In this document: positions 1 to 13,270 of the stretch, in pieces
Layout of the letters: each line of letters opens with the position of its first letter
How positions within the stretch are numbered: position 1 is the stretch's first letter
Assembly: GCF_006345805.1 (NCBI RefSeq)
Contig: NC_043024.1
Location: 11,594,001-11,658,000, forward strand
Reading direction: 5' to 3'
Source of the DNA: Octopus sinensis
Taxonomy: Eukaryota
DNA: 64,000 nucleotides
Program-made: the position numbers and the translations under genes
Notes under the pieces: model-generated
The model's database searches: none
Seen by the model: the letters and a program-made list of their open reading frames with translations, nothing else
Told to the model about the DNA's origin: nothing

Positions 1-1065
1 CAGAAGCACCACTCCAAGATATTACAGATGCACCACTCCAAGACATTGCAGATGCACCACTCCAAGACATTGCAGACACACCACTCCAAGACATTACAGA
101 AACACCACTCCAAGACATTACAGAAGCACCACTCCAAGATATTACAGACGCACCACTCCAAGACATTACAGACACACCACTCCAAGACACTACAGAAGCA
201 CCACTCCAAGACACTACAGAAGCACCACTCCAAGACACTACAGACGCACCACTCCAAGACACTACAGACACACCACTCCAAGACATTACAGACACACCAC
301 TCAAAGACATTACAGACGCACCACTCCAAGACACTACAGAAGCACCACTCCAAGACACTACAGACGCACCACTCCAAGACATTACACACACACCACTCCA
401 AGACATTACAGAAGCACCTGTAAAAGAGATCACAGAAACACCACTCCAAGACATTACAGACACACCACTTCAAGACATTACAGAAGCACCACTCCAAGAC
501 ATTACACACACACCACTCCAAGACATTACAGAAACACCACTCCAAGACATTACAGAAACAACACTCCAAAACATTACAGAAACACCACTCCAAAACATCA
601 CAGAAATACCACTCCAAGACGTTACAGAAACACCACTCCAAGACATTACAGAAACACCACTCCAAGAAATTACAGACACATCACTCCAGGACATTACAGA
701 CGCACCACTCCAGGACATTACAGACGCACCACTCCAAGATCTTACAGAAACACCACTCCAAAACATTACAGACACACCACTCCAAGACATTACAGACACA
801 CCACTCCAAGACATTACAGACACACCACTCCAAGACATTACAGACACACCACTCCAAGACATTACAAACACACCACTCCAAGACATTACAGACACACCAC
901 TCCAAGATCTTACAGAAGCACCACTCCAAGACGTCACAGAAGCACCAATCCAAGACGTCACAGAAGCACCACTCCAAGACATTACAGAAGCACCTCTCCA
1001 AGACATTACAGATGCACCACTCCAAGACATCACAGAAGCACCACTCCAAGATCTTACAGACACAC
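1..1065 (+). repeat. 24-bp coding minisatellite, about 44 units
   Basis: Consensus ACAGA(A/C)(G/A)CACCACTCCAAGACATT repeated continuously. Confidence 0.95.
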
Positions 1066-1215
1066 CTGTGAAAGACACGCCATCATCACCTGACAGTGAA
1101 AGATCTTATCTTCATAGTTTACCATTCCTGGAGAAAGAAATGAAAATTATTCCCACAGAATCCGATGGCAATGTGTTTGTCTTCCAAGACGTTCCTGAAG
1201 AGAATTCTTCTCCCG
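1..1215 (+). CDS. ICE2: ICE2/NARG2 large internal coding exon (5' end outside window) with an 8-aa tandem repeat
   Basis: Frame 3 is open from base 3 (EAPLQDITDAPLQDIADAPLQDIADTPLQDITETP...KDTPSSPDSERSYLHSLPFLEKEMKIIPTESDGNVFVFQDVPEENSSP). It ends at donor CCCG|gttagt (1215/1216), phase 1, which matches the next exon. Confidence 0.8.
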
Positions 1216-2196
1216 GTTAGTTCTTGCATTCTTTTACACTCTTACCATTTCTAGTTAGGGGGGAAGGGCAGTAGCAAGGCATTCTTACTCTTTTACTCTT
1301 TTACTTGGTTCAGTCATATGACTGTGGCCATGCTGGAGCACCGCCTTTAGTCGAGCAAATCGATCCCAGGACTTTATTCTTTGTAAGCCCAGTACTTATT
1401 CTATGGGTCTCTTTTGCCGAACCGCAAAGTGACGGGGACGTAAACACACCAGCATCGGTTGTCAAGCAATGCTAGGGGGACAAACACACAAACACATACA
1501 TATATATATATATACATATATACGACAGGCTTCTTTCAGTTTCCGTCTACCAAATCCACTCACAAGGCATTGGTCGGCCCGGGGCTATAGCAGAAGGCAC
1601 TTGCCCAAGGTGCCATGCAGTGGGACTGAACCCGGAACCATGTGGTTGGTTAGCAAGCTACTTACCACACAGCCACTCCTGTGCACTTCCATTTCTTTAA
1701 ATAATTCTTTTATTTCTGGAACATACTGCCTTTTTTTTTTCTTTTTGAGATTGTTATAGTTAAGCCCCAGGTCATCTCCGATTGGGAAGGCCTATAATTA
1801 CAGGTGCTCCATCTGTGACCACCCATGTTTGTTCCAGGCTTGTGCAATTCTATATCTAGAAGTACACCATTATCCATTGGGTCCTTGCTTCTTTAAGGTT
1901 ATACAGTATAATGTGAGGAGATTTGGCTGTTATTTCTAGCAGGTTGAGCAAGCATCTAGAATAGTGGATCTCAATCATTTTCTACCTGTGGACCTCTGAT
2001 TAAACTATGTAAAATGTCAGAGAAAGAAGCGTAGGAGTGGCTGTGTGGTAAGTAGCTTGCTTACCAATCACATGGTTCCGGGTTCAGTCCCACTGCGTGG
2101 CACCTTGGGCAAGTGTCTTCTACTATAGCCTCGGGCCGACCAAAGCCTTGTGAGTGGATTTGGTAGATGGAAACTGAAAGAAGTCCATCGTATATA

Positions 2197-2284
<88 letters not shown>

Positions 2285-3517
2285 GGCGTAGGAGTGGCTG
2301 TGTGGCACTTTGGTCTTCTACTATAGTCTCAGGCCAACCAAAGCCTTGTGAGTGGATTTGGTAGACGAAAACTGAAAGAAGCCCGTTGTATATATGTGTA
2401 TGTGTGTATATGTTTGTGTGTCTGTGTTTGTCCCCCAACATCGCTTGACAACCGTTGCTGGTGTGTTTACGTCCCCATAACTTAGTGGTTTGGCAAAAGA
2501 AACCAATAGAATAAGTACTCGGCTTACAAAGAATATGTCCTGGGGTTGATTTGCTCGATCGACTAAAGGCAGTGCTCCAGCATGGCCACAGCCAAATGCC
2601 TGAAACAAGTTAAAGAGTAAATACATTTAAGGCAAAATTTTTTTCACGGAACCTTAAATCACTACTGTGGATCCTCAATTTACTACTTTTCTTGTGTAGA
2701 CCCTTCAAAAATCTTACATGGACCTCAGTTGACAACCACTGATGTACATGTTTCCTTGTGGGTTCAGTTTTTGGGTTTGTAGATGTAGTGGGAGAAAACA
2801 AGCTGCGGTAGCACTGCATAAATGATGTGTGTTTCATTCATTTTCATGGTTTACAAAACTAAGTATGGTCAGTAAATAGCCACCCAGGTGTTTGGTCGGC
2901 CACCAACTTTAACATGAAATAAAGGGTGAACTTTTATGTAGACTACATGGCCTGCTAGAAATAGCTGCCAAATCTCCCTTAATTTACACTGTACTGTCTT
3001 AGAAAAAAGGACACCTTAGCTAACTTAGTATTTAGAGACATTATGTCTAAGGAAAAATCAGATGGGATGGTCGTTGCTGGAATCCCTTTGATTATAAGTG
3101 TGGCAGTTTTGAGTCGATTTAGGACTAGCCATCCTTTTATGGCCCTATGGTTCATAGTCCTTCCTTCTTGGTGTTTAATTCTGGGTCAACCTTGAGTAAG
3201 CAAACGTGTGATCAAAGATGTTCCAAATGTGACCACCCCAATTTAATGTTTTTCAGACAATATCTGTAGATCTATCTATGTTTAAACAATATGTCCATTA
3301 TTTTTTGTGTTTTCCTTAGATGCTAGATGGGGATTTGGCTGTTATTTTTAACAAATCGTGTGACCATATAGAGGCTGTATCACTGACATCCTGTAGACTA
3401 CACCTGGAATATATGTGGGAAATACAAGCAATTATTTAATTTTGTTTTATTCTATTCCAGCCTGTATCGTTAATTTGTAACAGGTAAAACACTTAATTGC
3501 TTTTTTTTTCTCATTAG

Positions 3518-3669
3518 TTAAACCCACGTTAACGAGTGTACCTGATGAACCTTCACAGTTCTCCCATCTTATAAGAAATGACAATATTTCCTATACTGTT
3601 TGGAACTTTGGTGAACTTAGAATCCTGGTTCGCTCCAGGTATCATGCAGTGAAAAGCAAAAACAAACAG
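3518..3669 (+). CDS. ICE2: ICE2 coding exon (start of NARG2_C-like domain)
   Basis: Acceptor ttttctcattag| and donor CAG|gtatgt. Encodes VKPTLTSVPDEPSQFSHLIRNDNISYTVWNFGELRILVRSRYHAVKSKNKQ, resembling the recalled vertebrate NFVYxLFSLxDLLLLVRC segment. Confidence 0.85.
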
Positions 3670-3859
3670 GTATGTGATTTATTTATTTATTTCGGTGTGG
3701 GGCTGTGTGGTTGAGAAGCACCATGTGGATTTTGGGTTCAGTCCCACTGTGTAGCACCTTGGGCAAATGTCTTCTGTTATTGTCCTGGGTTGACCAAAGT
3801 CTTGTCAGTGGATTTGGTTGATGGAAACTGAGAGAATTTTGTCATATATATATATATAC

Positions 3860-3908
<49 letters not shown>

Positions 3909-4191
3909 CATATTAGTGGTTTTTCTTATTATCTTATATTAAACTTTTTAATAGTTTTTGATAGTTATACATATTTAAATATAAAAAAAAGTTTAAAAAT
4001 TTTAAAAATATTTTTAAAATATAAAAATTTATAAATATAAATTAATAATTTTAAATTTAATAATTTAAATTTTGAATTTTATATTTTTTATATATTTTGT
4101 ATATTATATTAATTATTTTTATTTTTATGTATTGGTTTATGTTTTTCATTGTTTGACTTGCCTAATAGTGGTTTTATCTCTAATTTAATTT

Positions 4192-4232
<41 letters not shown>

Positions 4233-4371
4233 TATATTAAATTAGAGATAAAACCACTATTAGGCAAATCAAACAATGAAAAACTTAAGCCAATACATAA
4301 GATTATTTAAATTATTTAAATATATAACAAAATTATTATTGTTTAAACCTCGCCAAGATAAATATTTAAAC

Positions 4372-4435
4372 CACCTGATGAATGACTGTGACTCAAAAAT
4401 TTGAAGAAGTTAGCAGGCATGAAACGATCGTAGTG
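4372..4435 (+). ncRNA. Minimal type I hammerhead ribozyme motif (family A, copy 1)
   Basis: CAC-CTGATGA-ATGACTG...CAGGCAT-GAAAC-GATC-GTA-GTG: core, stem II, 2-bp stem III with palindromic GATC loop, GUA cleavage triplet and a 3-bp stem I. Confidence 0.65.
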
Positions 4436-4648
4436 TGATATTAATTATATTTTTTTAATAATTTTGTCATATATTTAAATAAATTAAATAATCTTATGTA
4501 TTGGCTTACGTTTTTCATTGTATGATTTGCCTAATTGTGGTTTTGTCTCTAATTTAATATAATATAATATTTTACTATAAAATTGGATTCAATCCTAAAT
4601 CTGATTTTTCCCTGTAAGTTTGGATTTATTCCCTAATATTTATTATTA

Positions 4649-4686
<38 letters not shown>

Positions 4687-4838
4687 TATATATATTATAT
4701 TATATTAAATTAGAGATAAAACCACTATTAGGCAAATCAAACAATGAAAAACTTAAGCCAATACATAAGATTATTTAAATTATTAAATATATAACAAAAT
4801 TATTATTGTTTAAACCTCGCCAAGATAAATATTTAAAC

Positions 4839-4902
4839 CACCTGATGAATGACTGTGACTCAAAAATTTGAAGAAGTTAGCAGGCATGAAACGATCGTAG
4901 TG
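4839..4902 (+). ncRNA. Minimal type I hammerhead ribozyme motif (family A, copy 2)
   Basis: Identical motif 467 nt downstream inside the duplicated block. Confidence 0.65.
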
Positions 4903-5118
4903 TGATATTAATTATATTTTTTTAATAATTTTGTCATATATTTAAATAAATTAAATAATCTTATGTATTGGCTTACGTTTTTCATTGTATGATTTGCCTA
5001 ATTGTGGTTTTGTCTCTAATTTAATATAATATAATATTTTACTATAAAATTGGATTCAATCCTAAATCTGATTTTTCCCTGTAAGTTTGGATTTATTCCC
5101 TAATATTTATTATTAATT

Positions 5119-5150
<32 letters not shown>

Positions 5151-6398
5151 AATAAGTAAGTTTAATCTTAATAATTCTGATGTGCATTCTATATGATCTT
5201 TTTACTCTTTCATTTTTCTCTCTCTTATTCTTTTACCTCCTCTTCTCCCACTATTCTATCCTATTACTCTGTCACTCTCTCTCCCTCACTCCTCCTCCCT
5301 TGCTCACGTGGCTGACCATCGGCCATTTTTCTTTCTTTCCCTCCATTGTAGCTGGAACAAGGAAGATGTGTTCTTGTTTGTTTCCTGTCCTAGCTTGATT
5401 TACGCATTCGCCACCACAACCTCGTTCAGGCTTAGCAGCCCTTCCTGTTTGGTTTCACTGTCCTGTTTGTGTTACCAATTTTGACCCTCCACAAAATCCC
5501 AAATTTTATTTAATTTGCTTTGCGGGAGCAACTGTTTTATAGAAAGCATATATTGTTGTTAAATGCTCGAAATACGAGACTAGAAAAACAGCCAACAACT
5601 GATGAAGGGTCGTTCTTTATGTTGCTTGTCTTGTTTTCCATTTGTATCTTTTGTTGTTCATAAGAATAGGTCATGTTCCATGTACTCGTGCTTCGTACTT
5701 TTTTTGTTGTCCAGAAGCATCTGGAAATTAGCAGGGAATGGAGTGATCAAAAAAAAAGAAAGAGAGATGGGGTTAGGGAAAAGCAGAGAACCCTTAACTC
5801 CCAATTAGGGTTCACCCTCATATGGGGCTGAAAAAAATAATGCTGGAAGTCTCTCTGTGGTTGGCTAGCCTGCTAGAAATGGCAGCTCAAGTCTCCTGAA
5901 ACAAGCTTCTACCATCATGCAAAAGAAGAATGCATATTTCTTTATTACCCACAAAGGGCTAAACACAGAGGGGACAAACAAGGACAGACATAGGTATTAA
6001 GTCAATTACATCGACCCCAGTGCATAACTGGTACTTAATTTATTGACCCCGAAAGGATGAAAGGCAAAGTTGACCTTGGCAGAATTTGAACTCAGAACAT
6101 AGCGGCAGACGAAATACCGCAAAGCATTTCGCCTGGCGTGCTAACGATTCTGCCAGCTCGCCGCAAAAGAAGAATACAGTTTGGAAAATGGTAATGCCCC
6201 AGCATGGCCGTAGCTCTTGAGCTGTGGCTAGTAAAAGAATAAAAGAAAAATAGTTATGATGCATTGTCTGAAAATGGAATGGGATGGTCATGGATGGCAC
6301 ACTCTAATCATAGGTCTAATTAATTAAGCCCGACTTGGGCTAACGAACATCTAACACAAGTAATTTATAATATTCGTTTTGTCGTTTTTGTTTTTCAG

Positions 6399-6531
6399 AA
6401 GAAGACTTTTCTTCATCTTTTACCAAAGTTGGAATATCAGAGCAAGTTTGGTTATGAAGAGACGACCCAAGACGAACTGAGCAAAATGTGGATCTCGTCT
6501 CTTATTAGAAAAGAAATTCCAGTTTTAAAAG
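6399..6531 (+). CDS. ICE2: ICE2 coding exon
   Basis: tttttcag| ... G|gtttgt. Encodes KKTFLHLLPKLEYQSKFGYEETTQDELSKMWISSLIRKEIPVLK, matching the ICE2 motif VLPKVEYQ..YGVE..TESEL..LW. Confidence 0.88.
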
Positions 6532-6829
6532 GTTTGTTCTTCTCATCACTTGCCATCCCGACCCCTCCCCATTACCACTTGTTATGTTTAAGGGCTTCTT
6601 CCCTCTTCCCTCATCTTTTCATGTCTTGTTTGTCTGGGTGCTTGGCTTGTGTCTTCATCATCGTCATTGGCATCATCAGCATCCACCCGTCTTTCATTCG
6701 TATTATGCATGGGAGAAGCAGCTGGCACTTAGCTCATCTTTTATCTTTAATCTCTTGCAGACGAGAAGTGGTACTGGCCACATTGAAACACAGCCACACC
6801 TATATATATATATGTTAGTTAGTTAATTT

Positions 6830-7320
6830 TTGACTCAAAAAGCAAAAAGCAAGGCCATGTAGGGGGACATGGAGTTATGTACAGGGTGGTGTTCATGTAA
6901 AGAGTTCAGACCATTTCTGGTCAAGAGAGACTTTGAACCGAGCGGTCGTCGGCATCTTCACCATCTTGTCCGGCAGATTATTCCACGGATCCGCAACCCG
7001 GACGGAGAAAGCCCCTCTCCTTTGATTGAGATGAAATCATCGCAGATAGAGCTTTTCGGAGTGACCCTGCAGCCGACGCTCTGGAGCAGGAGTGAAGAAC
7101 AGCTCTTTCGAGAGGTTACACTTTCCACTTATGATGTTGTGAGCAAGAATGAGATCACCACGGCGTTGTCGTTTTTCTAGAGAACAAAGGTTGAGCGTCT
7201 TTGGCCTTTCTTCATAAGACAAATGCTTGAGACCAAGAACCATGCGGGTAGCCAGCTTCTGGACTCTTTCGAGATGATGTATGTCTTTGAGGAGATAAGG
7301 AGAAGAGGCTTGAATCCCGT
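6830..7320 (-). mobile_element. CR1-like LINE 3' fragment
   Basis: ERVQKLATRMVLGLKHLSYEERPKTLNL.SLEKR.RRGDLI...; (CTAA)n tail; same family as 25598-26066. Confidence 0.85.
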
Positions 7321-8492
7321 ACTCCAATATGGGTCTCATCTCTTCTCTCTCTATATAAACGGCAGTTTGTCTGTGCGTGTTTCTGTGTGTCTGTTTTCTC
7401 GTACCCTCACCCTGACCATGGCTTTCAACCGATTCTGATGAAACTTGACACACACATAGCCCAATGTCATAATTCAAAACTAACGCAGCGAAAATTTTGA
7501 AAAGTTGCCCCAGTTCTGAAAAAAATCGATAAATTCGACATGGGGTCGAGAATAAAAAAAAACAAACCACAGACTGTCTAGGGGACGCAACTCAACCTTT
7601 TTTTACTCTCAAAAAAAAATTTACCATCATTTTTTTTTCCATTTTTTTGCTATAACTCTCTAAAAATGCTTTATAGCTATTTCCCTTACAAACCTGAGCA
7701 ACGCCGGGCGATACTGCTAGTATATATATATATATAATAATATTAGGGAGTAAATCCAAACTTACAGGGAAAAATTATATTTAGGATTAAATCCAATTTT
7801 ACAGCATAAATATATATATTAAATTAGAGATAAAACCACAATTAGGCAAATCAAACAATGAAAAACATAAACCAAAACGTAGAAATAAAATTATATTAAT
7901 TAATTTTATTTCTATGTTTTGCTTTATGTTTTTCACTGTTTGATTTTATCTCTAATTTAATATTTATATATATATATATATATATATACACTAGCGACAA
8001 TCTGTTTGTCTTTTACATCTCCTAAATTTTTTCCCCTTCTTTTCTTCAACTAACTTGATTTCTTAACCTGCCTTTACCCCCCATTCTTATAACTAAGGAA
8101 ATTTTTCTTACAACAGTTAGTTGTGAACTTAGTTTTGGTCAGGTTGGCATCCTAACTACACTACCTCATGTTCCTGAGATTCATATCTACATCTTTATCT
8201 GTATATTTACCCTCCCTAAGATGTTATTAATTGACCTGAGAACTTTATATTATTGGAAAACCTATATAAAATTAGCTGAAGATTACTCGGCATCTTAAAT
8301 CTGCTGCAATATTTACAGCTTTTAATAAAATGTTGTAGTATGAAACAATTGTACTAAATTACCGGATCCATTCTTGTTGCTTATTTTTTATTATAATCAC
8401 CCCGCATATTTTTATGGGTAACACCATAAAAAAATTCTGGTGCATCTAAATTAAGTACCATATTCATTTGAATCTAAATTGTTTGCTGAACT

Positions 8493-8526
<34 letters not shown>

Positions 8527-8757
8527 CATATATAATTTATTTTATAGAAGGAGCTTCTACAAGACTAGAACTGTTTCATTCAAATGAAATCTTCAGGAAG
8601 CTCCTGAAGATTTCATCCTGAAGCTTCCTGAAGATTTCATTTGAATGAAACAGTTCTAGTCCTGTAGAAGCTCCTTCTATAAAATAAATTATTTTACTCT
8701 GCTATGTATTGAGTACCTTATTTACTGTGGTTAACCCCGACTCACCCCGGGACCTAC

Positions 8758-8799
<42 letters not shown>

Positions 8800-9063
8800 G
8801 TATATATATATATAGCAAAAATATACCACCTCAATTCTGGGAAGAGGGTAAGATGGAGACGCATTGTGCAACAAAATGGTTCATATTTGGTTGATTAAAA
8901 AATGTAATGGCAAGTATTTATTGGCCATTTTCTTTCCTTTAAAATTTGGCATGAACTTTCCGGACAACCCAATATATATAAATATATATATATATAAAAT
9001 TAATTTTCTAAGTTTTGATGTATTTTTTTTTACGTTTTATGTTTGTTTTTTTTTACTTTCCAG

Positions 9064-9139
9064 TTCGGATTGATGCTTTCACTTCAGAAATTTTGATGTA
9101 CGAAATATACAATTTCCCGAAAATTCTGCAGAAATTCAA
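9064..9139 (+). CDS. ICE2: ICE2 coding exon
   Basis: tactttccag| ... AA|gtaata, phase 1 to 2. Encodes VRIDAFTSEILMYEIYNFPKILQKF (cf. ICE2 HIDAFTSKL). Confidence 0.85.
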
Positions 9140-10697
9140 GTAATATGTGGTTTTTTTGTAATTGTTGTTGTTGTATTCTAATAATTAATATATTAAATGT
9201 CTTTTATTCTCTTACTTGTTTCAGTCTTTAGACTGCGGCCATGCTGGGGCATCGCCTTGAAGAATTAATCAGATGTATTGACCCCAGTACTTATTGTATT
9301 AGTCTCTTTTGCTGAACTGCTAAGTTGCAGAGATGTAAACACACCAGCACAGGTTGTCAAGCCAGGACACTCACACATGCACCCCTCCCCCATATATATA
9401 TATGTATATATATATATATATGGCACCTCTGCAGGTAGCACATAAAAAGCACCCAGTACACTCTTTGAGTGGTTGGTGTTAGGAAGGGCATCCAGCTGTA
9501 GAAACTCTGCCAGATCAAGATTGGAGCCTGGTGCAGCCATCTGGTTCACCAGACCGCAGTCAAATCGTCCAACCCATGCTAGCATGGAAAGCGGATGTTA
9601 AATGATGATAATGATGATGATGATATATATATATATATGTATGTATGTATGTATGTGTGTCTGTATATCATCATCATCAATGTTGTTTAACATCTGCTTT
9701 CCATGCTGGCATGGGTTGGATGGGTTGACTAAGGACTGGTGAGCCAGAAGGCTGCACCAGGCTCAATCTGATCTGGCAGAGTTTCTACAGCTTGATGCCC
9801 TTCCTAATGCCAACCACTCCAAGAGTGTAGTAGGTGCTTTTATGTGCCACCGGCATGAGAGCCAGTCATGCAGTTCTGGCAAAAACCACGCTCAAAAGGT
9901 GTTTTTTATGTGCTACCTGCATGGGAGCCAGTCAGCTGCTCTGGCAACAATCATGCTAGGATGGTGCTCTTAGCGCTCCACTAGCACGGATGCCAGTCAT
10001 CAAAATTGTTTTGAATTAACCATGCATTATCTTGCGGCTTTGAGATTCCAATGATATGATTGTTTATTCTGAGAATGACAATGCAGGGTAGGTGTGAGAG
10101 GCTGGATCTGGTCAATTTGAACAAGATACAGATTATTTGGGCCGGTATTGCTAGTTTGAATACTAAGGAGTTAATAACACTGTGACAAAACTTCAATCTT
10201 TTTATATTCAGTCTGTGAGTGTTATTTCCTATTTGCTTCTATTTACAAAGTAAAGGAAATGACTACTATTCCCTTCACATTTTGCTTTTGTCACTTGGAC
10301 ATCAATGTTTTCAAACCGACCTATTTTCCATTATGCTTCAGACAGATTCAGCGCTGAGTAGCTGAAGCAGAAATATCATTACAGCAAATGTCCTTCCTTA
10401 AACCTCAGATTTGCTTGTGGTCACTTACTTGACCATAACCATTTAAGCATGTCCCTCAGTGGCTGACAGTGTGAGCATCTCTGATGACGAGCAGCAGCAG
10501 TGGGGGAGCATCATAACCATACGCTGAGAGCGATTCTTTGGGGTTTGAATAAATATCGAAAAAGCAAAGTTTGAAGGAAATATTGACCATTTTTCATACT
10601 TTCTAGGGATAAGTGAATAGGAAATAACTGCTGCTACCCAAGGACAAAAACCATGTTAAATGGTATAATTGATGTCTTTTAATTCTTCTCATTTCAG

Positions 10698-10748
10698 TCC
10701 TGTCCATTGCAACACCTTTCTCTACAACATTTTCTGCAAACTTCACAG
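10698..10748 (+). CDS. ICE2: ICE2 51-nt coding exon
   Basis: catttcag| ... AG|gtaaga, phase 2 to 2. Encodes (N)PVHCNTFLYNIFCKLH and keeps the frame between flanking exons. Confidence 0.75.
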
Positions 10749-12612
10749 GTAAGAAGACAGTTTCCAATGCAATGTTTTAGTGTCCTTTACTCTAAGGGGT
10801 CTCCCACACATATTAACCGAGATATTTATGTGTTAAACTACTAAATACCCTCTCTCTCTTTCGGAGAGGCACTGAGCAGCTATACGCACACATACACACA
10901 CGGCAGTAACTTCCACCTACCGAATTGAATCACAAAGCTCCGGTCAGCTCGGGGCTATAGTGGAAGACACCTACGCAAAGTGCCACGCAGTGGGACTGAA
11001 CCCGAAACCATGTAGCTAAGAAGCAAGCTCCCTAACCACACAGCCATGCCCGCGCATGGTCAAGATATTACTTTAGGTCACTGTTGCACCCTTGAGCAGG
11101 GTATTTGACTTTAAGGCAGAGGATTGGCAGAATCGTTAGCATGCCGGGCGAAATGCTTAGCGGTATTTCGTCTGCCGTTACGTTCTGAGTTCAAATTCCG
11201 CCGAGGTTGACTTTGCCTTTCATCCTTTTGGGGTCGATAAATTAAGTACCAGTTACACACTGGGGTCAATATAATCAACTTAATCCGTTTGTCTGTCCTT
11301 GTTTGTCCCCTCTGTGTTTAGCCCCTTGTTGGTAGTAAAGAAATAGGTATTTCGTCTGCCGTTACGTTCTGAGTTCAAAATTCCGCCGAGGTCAACTTTG
11401 CCTTTCATCCTTTCGGATGAATTAGTACTCAGAACATAATGACAGATGAAATACCTATTTCTTTACTACCCACAAGGGGTTACACATAGAGTGGACAAAC
11501 AAGGACAGACAAATGGATTAAGTCGATTACATCGACCCCAGTGCATAACTGGTACTTATTTAATCAACCCTGAAAGGATGAAAGGCAAAGTCGACCTCGG
11601 TGGAATTTGAACTCAGAACGTAACGGCAGACGAAATACCGCTAAGTATTTCATCCTGAGTGCTAACCATTCTGCCAGCTCGCTGCCCTCATCCTCAAAGA
11701 TGGAGAAAATACCTCTTAGCATTTTGTCTGGCATGCTAACAACACTGCCATCTTGAAACAAAAATCATTACAATTCTTTTGTACCCTGCATCACCCCCCG
11801 CCCCCCCCCCCAGCCCTGCACCAAATTTATAAACTTTATTAACCTTTTTGTATTCAGATTAATTTGTCGAATGTAATGTTTGTTTATTTATATTGTTTTG
11901 AATTAATCCTGGATTATCCTGTAGCTGAGAGAGTTCGATGATGTGATTGTTCAGTTTTAGAACGACATTGTCAGGTTGGTGCGAGAGGCCAGATCCAGCC
12001 AGTTTCAGCTTAAAACGAGTTAACCCTTTCGTTACTATATTTCTGACCAAAATACACCCCTCATGAGTTTCAATTAAATTCTAAAATAATCATGAATTTA
12101 GACTTGTTTCATTAAATAACTGTAACTTTTTTACTTATCAACATATTAATGTGATATTTGGAACATAATTAAAGAAAGGGTTCTTAATCAATTCTATTGC
12201 ATAACTTTTGTCTCAAAGTGACTTTAATTACAGGTAAATCCAGGTAAATTGAGCAAAAGGTAAAAATATTAAAATTTTAAATTGAGCAAAAGGTAAAAAT
12301 ATTAAAATCTTAAATTAAGCAAAAGGTAAAAATATTAAAATTTTAAATTGAGCAAAAGGTAAAAATATTAAAATTTTGTTTAAACATCACCATAGAAAAT
12401 GAATCATCAGCTAATATTTAAATGGGTATGCAACAAAATTTTGATAAAGAAGAATTGTGCACATCACTAGATCATCAGTTGAATTTAAATATTTTGGTTG
12501 GATACGGCCAGTTTGAATGCTAAAAGATTAAACAATTTTAGATGACGCCAATCACTTCCAGTTTCCTTTGACTCAAGAATTCTATTGTTTTAATCCAACT
12601 TGTATTTTCCAG

Positions 12613-12699
12613 TCTAAAATCTTCAACATATCTGCTGAGCCATTGTGCTGGAGAGACCAGTTGTATGATAAGCGAAGCTGTTTCAAATCGTCCTACCAT
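12613..12699 (+). CDS. ICE2: ICE2 coding exon
   Basis: ttttccag| ... AT|gtaagt. Encodes (S)LKSSTYLLSHCAGETSCMISEAVSNRPT (cf. ICE2 EGSYLLSHAAED). Confidence 0.85.
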
Positions 12700-13224
12700 G
12701 TAAGTTATTTAGATTTATTCATTATAATCTATTTATAAGGTGGCAAGCTGGCAGAAACGGTAGCATGCCGGGAGAAACGCTAAGTGCTATTGCATACAGT
12801 TCTATATTTAAGAGATGAGGAATTATGTACATTATTTACATTTGATGGATATTTGTCCTCATCTTGTTTGTTGTTAACACAACATTTCCACTGATATACC
12901 CTCCAGCCTTCATCAGGTGTCTTGGGGGAAATTTCGAACCTGGGTTCTCATTCCTAAGGTATTTTTTGATGTTGTTGTTGTTGTTATTATTATTATTATT
13001 ATTATTCAGGTCACTGCCTAGAATCAAACTCGGAATCTTGGGGTTAGTAGCCCGCGCTCTTAACCACTACGCCATATGCCCACGGGCTTTTCGCATAGTG
13101 ATTAAGGGTGCGGGCTACTAACCCCAAGATTCCGAGTTCATTTCAAGACAGTGATCTGAATAATAATAATAATAACATTGAAAAATACCTTAGGAATGGG
13201 AACCCAGGTTCGAAATTTCCCCAA

Positions 13225-13270
13225 AACACCTGATGAAGGCTGGAGGGTATATCAGCCGAACTGTTGTGTT
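13225..13270 (+). ncRNA. Degenerate hammerhead motif (family B), with a mirror copy at 12876-12921 on -
   Basis: AACAC-CTGATGA-A-GGCTG...CAGCC-GAA(C)TGTT-GTGTT. Stems I and II pair, and the A15.1 position is mutated. Confidence 0.5.

Noticed and set aside
28-1078. ORFs 28-423 (+, HHSKTLQ), 470-1078 (-) and 681-1049 (-)
   Set aside because: Alternative frames of the 24-bp repeat. Only + frame 3 stays open through to a splice donor in phase with the ICE2 exons.
5595-5620. Isolated CTGATGAAGG (and similarly CTGATGA near 36150)
   Set aside because: No downstream stem II-GAAA-UH in register.
8117-8300. Possible ICE2 exon after ...cttacaacag
   Set aside because: Runs into a stop with no suitable donor and no ICE2 similarity; 9064-9139 fills the gap with the right phases.
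8600-8670. CTGAAGA...GAAAC...GTC as an intact hammerhead
   Set aside because: The stem II closing pair and stem I do not pair convincingly; kept only as part of the fold-back class.
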